Shown piece by piece: positions 52,901 to 61,730 of a DNA stretch of 64,000 nucleotides. Numbering within the stretch: position 1 is the first letter of the stretch; the number at the start of each line of letters is the position of its first letter. The stretch comes from Pecten maximus. Taxonomy: Eukaryota. Under the pieces are notes generated by a model. That model was not told where the DNA came from. It saw nothing but the letters and a program-made list of their open reading frames with translations, and ran no database searches. The translations under genes were made by a program, and so were the position numbers. The stretch lies in contig NC_047031.1 of assembly GCF_902652985.1 (NCBI RefSeq), forward strand, positions 17,608,001-17,672,000, in the 5' to 3' direction.

Positions 52901-55695
52901 AGTATTTTATTAATACTAGAATATATTGAACCTAATAAACCGGAAGTGTAAAAATCCACGACGTCGGTCAAATTCGTTTTCTTGTCTTCGAAACGCAAAC
53001 CATGTTTAATTATTGGACTCATTAGCACATTTAGCTAATTTAAGGAGGTAAAACTTGTATGGGACCAAGATGGCAAAGTTACATTTCGCTGAATTTAAAT
53101 GTCATATCACAGGCGTATTGACAGGGAAGATCATCCAGTCTATTTCTTGTCACTTTATGTGTCTCCTATATTTCATTTCATGTGTTGCTGAAGTAGGCAG
53201 GAGTTAAATTGAGTAACCTCGTGCAATCATGTAATGGATAAATCAGGTACATTTCTTACACCCAACTCGATGATGTTTAGTACACGTACGCCGAGATCAG
53301 TGATAATGTTGTTATGTTTGTCTAAGTTCCCGAGATAGGATCATCATCTCCATACCATCATGTGAGTGTTATACCATTACACTAAAGATAAATCCAGTTT
53401 CACAGTTGTTTTGCCTGTTACCATATATGTACACTATATTGTAACCTATAATTCCTTTGTGGTTAGGACAATAGATTTTATTCTTCTTTTTCTCTCTGCT
53501 TCTTCATATTGTTTGTAGGTTGATGTATATATGTTTTACATGTTTTATTACTAGCCATTGTGTTAAATGCTGCCTTTGCTTACTTTCTTGACAAATCCAA
53601 CAAATATTCTCAATAGTTTTATCTCGTTGTTACATAAATTATACTGATTGCAATTTTTGCGTCTTTAATTTTGAGGTAGGTATTTATACGTAGGATCCCG
53701 TGTGGTACTCAACGCCATTGAAGTGTAGTGTTCCTAGATGCTTCAATTGTGATTTTAAAAGGTAATACTGGTAGTCCTGTAAAAATGCACCTACTTTCTC
53801 CATTGATGCTCTGTTGAAGGCTGCAGCAACAATGGCTCGTTGATGTTTCCATAAAGACCCGGATGTAGTAAAAAGGTTCAGGTGATCAGGATAGTACGTA
53901 AACGGGTTGTACACCTGAAATTAGAAACATATTTCCATAAACACATAGCAATTACGTGCTATTAATACAAGGGAGATAACCGGCTTTTCTGTTGTCTGAA
54001 CCCAAAACATGCCATACAGTTTAGAGTCTCTCGACCTAGCGGTCAAGCCGTTCTGTACTGACCCATCATTAGCATAAAAAAAATACCTACCGGTCGTACG
54101 TCGAACTTGTCGAAATGCTTGACCAGTATCTCCTTTGTCATTTCGGGATCGTTGACCACAATGCTAGGTCGGAAACCTTCAAAGAACCTGTAAAAAACAA
54201 ACAGTCAGTGTGGACATATATGTTAGTTAGGCAACACAGAGAATCAATTTGCATAAATTTACATAATTTATCGAGCGATAACCAAACAATATCAAGCGTG
54301 TTTATAGGACACGTATACACGTATTTCCCCTGTAGAAACGGACATGTTTTCATGAAAGTTGAATCTTTCTCCCGGATTTAACTCAAAAAAACAAATTTTC
54401 TTTTCAATATCCCTTCGTGACTTTATTGCCAACCACTTTTATGTAGAGAGACATATATAGAGATATATACTTATAAATTCATAAAGATATACATGTATAT
54501 ATACATTATCTTTAATGAACAATACATAAAAAAGTTCCATCCCCGGTTTTCCCATTTCAATGTGGGTTGCATATCTCTATGTTGGAGAGGCTTTATGTGA
54601 TCATTAATGCGTGCAAAAGCTTAGGTTAGTGCTGATTTATTCAAAAGGCAAGTTAAATTACATTGCACTGAGTATTTTTCAATATCTGAAAGATTGCAAA
54701 TTACTTGTCTTTTTGTGAAATAAAATTACATTAAAGAAATCTGTTTGAGTAAGACTTCACTTTCATTACAGCACAACACTTAAGCGATATGTTGAGTAAC
54801 CACGTACAGACAGACAAATGTTCAACGCCTGGCTGAATGTTTCCCAAGACTTATGGACCAGCTCTTCGATAAACGTAAGAGTGAGTGCTGGGCACGAGTT
54901 AATTGATTTTCTTTGAAGGTAAAAAATACCTATTAACATATATACTCCTCTGAGACTTCCCACCGGGACACCCATATCACTGTACTTACTGTTACTTATA
55001 TGTGTTAATGCAATGATTTAACCAATGCCAACATTTAAGCATTAATTATACCATGAGGTAGGGCGATCAATTTAGCTGATTCTTTCAGATAACATATTTT
55101 AATAGACATTATGGCAAGATATGCAGAGCATTTAAGTCACATGGAGATAGGGGGAAGTATTTCAAGGCAAATATATAGGAAGTTGAATGTTGATATAATA
55201 TATAATAATATGTTATCATATAATCAGTAGGGCATCCAATGAATTCGCCCATGGAATACTTATGCGTATACCCTTAGTGCTATTTACCCTGGAATGTTTT
55301 TATTGGCTGTATCGTGAATTGAAAATGGCCCTGCAAAATGACCGTTGGACTTTAAAACTGTCAAAGTTTTCATGTCTTATATATAGTTTTAAGATTGGTT
55401 TCATGTACATGCAATATGAAATGAATACACTTATAGTAATGAATATTATCCTAATAGGGGCAGCGTATATTATTGTTTATATTTATGTAGCTGATATATA
55501 TGTACACAATATATGTACGGCCCACATAATTCAAAAAAAATAATAATCAAATGAATAAATATGTAAAAGATAAAGTATTAGATATATAAATAATGAATTA
55601 AATAAATGGCTGATATCTGATATCGTTTAAACATGCTCCTACCCGTAAATGTTTCCATATTTCTTTCTGAACTCTTTGAAGACTTCCAACGGGTT
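46844..55695 (-). CDS. Cytochrome P450, CYP3 clan (CYP3A-like); span of 11 reconstructed coding exons, 5' end unresolved
   Basis: Spliced ORF of 1392 nt without internal stops, all introns GT-AG with consistent phases; motifs WKHQR (WxxxR), EALR (ExxR), FIPERF (PERF), [10 protein letters not shown] (heme Cys). Confidence 0.96.
47234..47396 (-). CDS. P450 heme-binding exon ([30 protein letters not shown]...CSKTQ)
   Basis: 163 nt, tag/ and /gtaaat; FxxGxRxCxG signature at 47318-47347. Confidence 0.97.
47440..47680. repeat. Low-complexity ~11-bp repeat (ATGTTAATGAC), intronic
   Basis: Direct reading. Confidence 0.8.
49090..49227 (-). CDS. P450 exon (TARMCTKDCTINGVKF...FPQPHKFIPER)
   Basis: 138 nt, tttcag/ and /gtgagc; PERF motif across the junction. 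Confidence 0.96.
49800..49888 (-). CDS. P450 K-helix exon (EHPTAAALKSMEYLEMVMNEALRLYPCAPG)
   Basis: 89 nt, ttctag/ and /gtaagc; ExxR motif. Confidence 0.96.
50381..50644 (-). CDS. P450 I-helix exon (MQEKSS...LDDEEIIAHLHSLVGGGSGTLNASLEF...QCGLN)
   Basis: 264 nt, phase 0-0, ttctag/ and /gtaagt; overlaps ORF 50345-50644. Confidence 0.95.
50863..50922 (-). ncRNA. Degenerate hammerhead-family motif inside P450 intron (sense to the pre-mRNA)
   Basis: Minus strand: CTGATGA-catagctggtgccatgtaaaaGGAT-GAAACAGCAGTATAGTGCGGTTTT; core boxes present, stem II disrupted. Confidence 0.4.
51341..51459 (-). CDS. P450 exon (VYGSLTPFLKIFDYKHKRVHMAHVERMRNLVQNTRQEIE)
   Basis: 119 nt, phase 1-0, ccgcag/ and /gtaac. 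Confidence 0.9.
51792..51943 (-). CDS. P450 exon (LLDRFTLDAFALSAFNYEVNSMDNSD...LTGIA)
   Basis: 152 nt, phase 2-1; E-helix FTLD motif; overlaps ORF 51763-52038. Confidence 0.94.
52329..52420 (-). CDS. P450 exon (AVEKIKATSDIFLAKLAKMVESNPDGFNIAS)
   Basis: 92 nt, phase 0-2, ttacag/ and /gtaagt. Confidence 0.92.
53795..53914 (-). CDS. P450 C-helix exon (VYNPFTYYPDHLNLFTTSGSLWKHQRAIVAAAFNRASMEK)
   Basis: 120 nt, phase 0-0; WxxxR motif. Confidence 0.95.
54091..54187 (-). CDS. P450 exon (FFEGFRPSIVVNDPEMTKEILVKHFDKFDVRP)
   Basis: 97 nt, phase 2-0; typical CYP3-clan DPE..KEILVK.F segment. Confidence 0.96.
55643..55695 (-). CDS. P450 exon (NPLEVFKEFRKKYGNIYG)
   Basis: 53 nt, phase 0-2, tttcag/ and /gtagg; KKYG motif. 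Confidence 0.93.
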
Positions 55696-55856
55696 CTGAA
55701 ATAGATAGAAATAACAATGCATAGAAAGAAGACAGATATATTAGCGCTATTAAAACAATTAAATATTACCTCCTATGATCAGGTATGGGACATTTAAACC
55801 TCACTAACCACATTTTCGCATTCGGTCTATTTTGCGTTTTTGAGATGCCATTTTTA

Positions 55857-55903
55857 GCATCTCTGAAGAGTCCCAAATTGACGAACCAGATACATGTTGT
55901 AGA
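55857..55903 (+). ncRNA. Degenerate hammerhead-family motif
   Basis: CTGAAGA-GTCC-CAAAT-TGAC-GAAC-CAGATACATGTTGTAG aligns without gaps to the array unit; retains G12. Confidence 0.55.
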
Positions 55904-56012
55904 TAATTCAATTTGTCTCTACAGTATATTATTGGATTTGTTTTGAAATGTGGTTATATCTTTTGTATAATCCCATAGACCCTTAATATCACAAGCACGT
56001 CCTTGAAGGCGG

Positions 56013-56436
56013 CAATCTAATTAAAACCTAGATGGTCATTCTCACTACGTTACATGAACATCTAACAACATCCCATAAGGGCCACGTTCTGATGACCTCT
56101 GAGATGTGTGTATTTCACTTTCAGGGCGAATTGGCATTTTGTCGATGTCATCGAAGCAAAACATTTCGTCACAACATACATCTGAAGCAAACCATTTCGG
56201 TAGAGTATATAGCTATATGCTTTATGGGACGAAATGACTTGAAACAAATTGATAGATTATAGAAGCTGTGCACTCTAGTCAAGCTAATTCGGACATATGA
56301 AATTCACTTCCAAGATTCTGGAAGTAGTCATTTGATTGGCTTATTCAAAAGGTCACCCTGACGTGACCCCTTATGGGATGTTGTTAGATGTTCATGTAAC
56401 GTAGTGAGAATGACCATCTAGATTTTAATTAGATTG
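56013..56436. mobile_element. Young Mutator/MULE-type MITE (424 bp)
   Basis: 69-bp TIRs (CAATCTAATTAAAA.CTAGATGGTC...) with one mismatch; perfect 9-bp TSD TGAAGGCGG at 56004-56012 and 56437-56445. Confidence 0.92.
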
Positions 56437-58933
56437 TGAAGGCGGCTGCATGATGCAGTTTAATTCATTTTAGCTCTACTGTATATGTAACTCTCAATGT
56501 GTATTGAATGTTACTAATATCTTATATATCATCTGAAATTATTTGAATAACTGAATGAATATTTTGTTTAGAAACATAAGAATGAATACTATCCAGAGAT
56601 GACCGGATACTTGTCTCATAATATTGTATTATACAACACAATAACCCTGTTAAACATGCTAAACATGCTATCATTCCCAATGCTGACGTCATCAGAAATA
56701 TTGTGATGATATCACGGTAAAAGGCAAAAACAGTCGATATTTTTTTGTATATGATTAGAACTACATGTTTATTTATTTTTTGTGTGAAAACACATGTATT
56801 ATACATAATTAACATGATTCATGATAAAAGCAATATCAAAGTTGTCTAATAACATATCACGGTCGATAAGAATTCCTTTGAGTGCATGCGTACAGGGTAT
56901 TTAAATTGATTATCGCTACATGCTCCTACTCCACCGTATCCCATGGCGATGACCACAAGTTCAGTTATCATCAAATTATCCAGAAAAAAATAGTCCACAC
57001 CAACAGTGTAAAAGATCTATAGATATGAATGACGTAGGATCGAACGAACACGGACAGAAGAAAGGGCGTGGTCGAACCCACGAGCCATGAAGAGGGTGTG
57101 GTTATGTTGTTCTGCCGATAACATGATGTATATCTCAAAATGTAAAACATGGCTGATAAGGCACATATATGTTTGAATTCATGACTTATCATTTGGGCTA
57201 GATTTTGCTAAACTGCATTTGGTTAATTATACTGTTCTATTTTTAGATTAATTCAATACACTACTGTTTATTTGATTTCATGTTTCACTGATATTAAGTC
57301 ATATGTAATTTATGAAAATACTTTACCGTAATTAAATCAATTGAAGTTTTATGTATTTGCTTCTGAGCACGATAACATAAGAAGATTAGAATTTTTGATA
57401 TCTTAACTCTAAAATGATATCAATGCATTTTAACATTAAACAATCTAGCAAATGAAACTAATGACCAGTATAATTTTTTTATTGAAATTCAAGCCCATTT
57501 CAAATATTTATTATTTTCGGTGATACTACATATTGCGTTTTTAACGTTGATTTTTAAGATACAAATGGATATATGATTCTCCACTTTCGTTTTAAGGTAT
57601 TTACATTAAAGCAAACAATATTTCTGCAACCCACCCATAAAAACGAAAAATGATGTAAAATCTTATTTTCTGTAATATTTTAAAAGTCATTGTACTAATA
57701 TATAGCTATACGTGACCAAAAACATGTAAACAATCACAAAAATGCTAAGTATCTCTTGTCAAGACAGTGGGGTCACTAATACAATATTTTGTTAGATTTA
57801 TCATCATTTCTTTAAACAACACTTCGGAATAAGCGATAAACAAACAAAATCACACGGTTGAATAAAATCGATGTATTCAATCAATGTTTTCCATAATATC
57901 TATAATATATATTAGGCTGACAAAGAAGAATTATATTTAATGGATTAAAAGTGTGATAAAGCTGAAGAAGTTAATGTCCTTTTTACTGCGGTATTCAGAT
58001 GACTAGATAAGTAGCCAGACGAAACAGAGAAGGGTAATTTGACAGACAATCAGGGTAAAATGATGTCTTCTTAACATGCCAACACCCGGGATGCCTAGAG
58101 GCAGGTGAAAAAAGCATTGTCAACTTAGCTTGTCATGTTCTCAAATCAGTACCCAGAAATCCTTCCAAATATCATATCGAAATTTAATGTGATAAAAGAT
58201 GAACCTCTCGAGTTTATGAACTCATTAGATACATAATTATATCTTCTTTTTCAATTGTAAATTAAAATAACATTATGTTCATGAACTAATTGTTAAAAGC
58301 AATGAGAGAATATTTCTTACGATAAATTCGCATAAAGCTGACAAATCTTTGACTTTTGGCTACACCTGACAGCATAACACAAAAAAGTAGGTTATAAGAG
58401 GCTAAACCACCCCATACATTCTCCTAATCATCGTTCTTATATTACATCACAGACACAGGTACACGCACACCCGGCCGGATGCAGCACTCGTTACAGCAAA
58501 TCACCTGACAAAATACCCATAACAAGGATATACCTGCACGACATACTGATATATATTCCTCTCTTCTGTCAAAACATTCGAAATAGTCTAAATACCATCT
58601 CTGGTGTGTTTACAATGTTAAAAGAATGTAAATCGTAAATAGGTCTCCAAGTAAACTTGTATTTTGTTTTTAATGTTTTCTTACTGCTTTTTCTTTCTTT
58701 TATATATCAGTATACATAGTGTCTTTATATTACTTATTTTGTCGTTGAAGCAGAAGGCGCTTTGTCCTCCGGCGCACCTGGTCTGATTATCCTTGTACTT
58801 TCTAGGTATAAATGCATATTTGGTCTCATTTATTGCTTATGAGTTGGCTATGGTTTCGTTATTAAATCGGTATTCGTGTTGTTGTAGAAAATGAAGTTTG
58901 TTATATATCGACCTGCACGTGACTATCTCTTAC

Positions 58934-59003
58934 CCAATCAGACCAAGGAAAAGTCATTGTCTTCGTTAGCATGTTTATATTCTTTGTTCTAATTTCCGGG
59001 TTC
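58934..59003 (-). CDS. Candidate upstream P450 exon containing a possible start codon (MLTKTMTFPWSDW)
   Basis: tttgtatag/ acceptor, TGG/gtaaga donor, AAAC-ATG at 58972; phase 0 joins in frame to exon 55695. Confidence 0.35.
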
Positions 59004-59146
59004 CTATACAAACGTATATCATTTACTTGTGGAATTTGTTAAATACATAAGGAGGGTACGTGAATTCATAGCAGTCTTTATATTAGACATTTGTTTAGGT
59101 TTTGCGTTTCCAACAACACCTTTACGAATTGGCACACTTTTTGTCT

Positions 59147-59482
59147 TTACCATCACTGACGAGTCCTAGAAGGACCAAACAGCTGTATGACGCAGTTTTA
59201 TATTACCATCACTGACGAGTCCTAGAAGGACCAAACAGCTGTATGACGCAGTTTTATATTACCATCACTGACAAGTCCTAGAAGGACCAAACAGCTGTAT
59301 GACGCAGTTTTATATTACCATCACTTACGAGTCCTAGAAGGACCAAACAGCTGTGTGACGCAGTTTCATATTACCATCACTGACGAGTCCTAGAAGGACC
59401 AAACAGCTGTGTGACGCAGTTTTATATTACCATCACTGACGAGTCCTAGAAGGACCAAACAGCTGTATGATGTAGTTTTATA
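59147..59482 (+). ncRNA. Tandem array of six 56-bp minimal type I hammerhead-ribozyme-like units (G12C variant)
   Basis: Unit: CATCA-CTGACGA-GTCC(TAGAA)GGAC-CAAA-C(AGCT)G-TA-TGAYG, giving stem I, core, stem II, palindromic stem III and a GUA cleavage triplet. Confidence 0.85.
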
Positions 59483-59584
59483 TTCATTATTCGACATATA
59501 CTGTATCTACTGTACACTTCTTATCGTAACTTACTTTATTCATGCGTCACTTGTACACACTTTCATACATAATGTGTCTTCGTT

Positions 59585-59722
59585 AGTATGATTCAGTGAG
59601 ATAGCACTATAAAGTCGACACCGGTTTCGCGCTATCACAAGGAGACAAACTCCAATACATACGCTACACACACTCTGAAGATGTCCTTAAATGACTATAA
59701 CTGTTGGTAGGATCTTAAACAA
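59585..59722 (+). mobile_element. Degenerate SINE 3' fragment (possibly Meta-domain type)
   Basis: TCAGTGAGATAGCACTATAAAG motif plus a tail GTCCTTAAATGAC...CTGTT...AGGA..TTAAAC similar to the family A tail. Confidence 0.4.
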
Positions 59723-61262
59723 TGCTTATCATCAAACCTTACGTTATCTGTTTGGTAATGACTAAATTGTCTTCATGAAAATAGTGCAATGCTAATTTTG
59801 AAACCTTGTATATATACCATGTGGTATATTCAGAAACAGAATCCGGCCTAATATTTTAATAATATACAATTATAACCTTTCGTCAGGTCGATACATGGGT
59901 TTTATTAACCACAGAAAAAAATATCGACCGAGGACGATTATTAATTGTGCGTGTTTTCCATTGTTACAGTAAAGCTGGTGGGGTATACTATCTTTTCGAA
60001 TTACCAGTGTACATATATCGTATTTTACCTAGTAAGGTATATAATATTGATAACAAGACAATGACAATCTCGCACAAATCTCGTAAATAAGATTGTCAAG
60101 TCGTTTCTTAAGAATGAAATTGTATCTCTGAGAAGAACCTATCTGTTTGGAATCAGATATAAATTATCCGGAAACTATAGCATGTGAATCGTCTCTAACT
60201 TTCTATAAAATACCAATGTTGTAGATTGTAAGTTATCTTATAAGTCAATTGACATCAGAGTATATATATGGTGAAAGGAACCAGTCACGATATTTGCGTA
60301 TTTTCAATTAGTCACCAATGGAATGACAGGTATGTGATACGGATATACAGATATTATTACAGATAGCATAATACGTAATGATGACAGGCGTATTAGCACG
60401 TATTGTACAGAAGATTCTTATCTCATAGCAATAATGGCTTAAGTTAAGCAGTACTTATTCAGCTTAACGAAAAAAATTCAAATCTAAATTTTCATTTTAT
60501 TTTCAACAATTAAACATAAAACAGGTATTTCAGTTAGTTGACGCTGATTAAAATGTATCCAAACATTGGCATGTTTCATTTTGAAATAATTTGATGAAAA
60601 TAATTCAACTGTAATATCTACATTGCAAGATTAAGCTGGCTGTTTGACACACTTGACAAAAATTCACCGATCCTGATTTCATCGTATATAATATTTTACA
60701 TATTATCTTATAATGACAGATATCGGCTTCTACTTTGGTGTCAGGGTACCTGTTGGAATGTCTGCACTGATAATTGGCACGATAGCATTGTACATTTGAA
60801 CGACGGAAGAGATTCGATACCGAATATGAACGGCTAATTTACAAATGTATCATAACTTTTGTCAACAATATCCATTCAAACATACTCTGTGACAGTAAAT
60901 TATGTATTAACAACACATAATAAACCAATTATACAATTTCATGAGTATTTCTAACAATAACGTTTATTTCAGAAACTAATCTCAATGAGTTCCAAAACTA
61001 ATCTTTATATAATCTGATATGTAGCGATATAACGATAATTTGACGCCTTTCACGTAGTTTGTTTGACTAATTTGATAAAAAATGAAATTGACGTTAACAT
61101 TGATTATCTTTGAAATAAGATTAAAAAACCCTCGACGAATGACAAAAATATTAACTTTGAGACTTTAGTGCCGGCCATAACTTGTTAGGTAGGTGTGACC
61201 TACATTATAAGAGGCGACATATGTGATGAGTGGACATGCTATGACAGGTGCCGTATGGTATT

Positions 61263-61368
61263 GGAGACTAGAGGCATCATTATGGGTGCCACATGTGGTG
61301 ACAGAGGCATCAATATTGGGGGACACGTGGTGACTAGAGGCATCATGATTGGGACACGTAGTGACGAG
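61263..61368. repeat. 33-bp minisatellite, ~3.5 copies
   Basis: GAGGCATCA at 61271, 61304, 61337. Confidence 0.8.
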
Positions 61369-61515
61369 CGTGTCATATACGTTGAAGAGAAACATAATGA
61401 GAGATGTCCCTTGTGATGAGAGACCGGAGAAATCATGCTGGTTAATTTTTCTGTAATGGCTTGAGACATAAAGGAGAATGAAGCATAAGTCATTGATGGA
61501 GTCACATTGTTAAAG

Positions 61516-61730
61516 TACTGTAAACAATATCATTTTCACGTGTGATTTATTTTCGCGCATTTTCGCGTGTTATATATTTTCGCGTATTTTGCAGGCGATT
61601 AAAATTCGCGAAAATTCATCGCCGCGAATTACAGGTACAGTAGGCCTTTTTTACTGTAAATATCCGCGAAAAGTTCGCTTGACATGAAAATGCGAATAAA
61701 GTAGCCACGAAAATAAGTTTGTTTATAGTA
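61516..61730. mobile_element. MITE with TACTGTAAACAA...TTGTTTATAGTA termini
   Basis: Imperfect TIRs, TA ends, CGCG-rich internal palindromes. Confidence 0.7.

Noticed and set aside
56522-56815. Hydrophobic ORF (MTSALGMIACLACLTGLLCCIIQYY) as the P450 membrane anchor
   Set aside because: No convincing splice donor in a compatible phase and no proline-rich hinge exon after it. Not fully excluded without transcripts.
58005-58100. GIPG-containing segment as P450 exon 2
   Set aside because: The reading frame ends in a stop (…VWLLI*) with no suitable donor.
59147-59482. CRISPR array interpretation of the 56-bp repeat
   Set aside because: No unique spacers; whole units are duplicated, and the structure matches a hammerhead instead.
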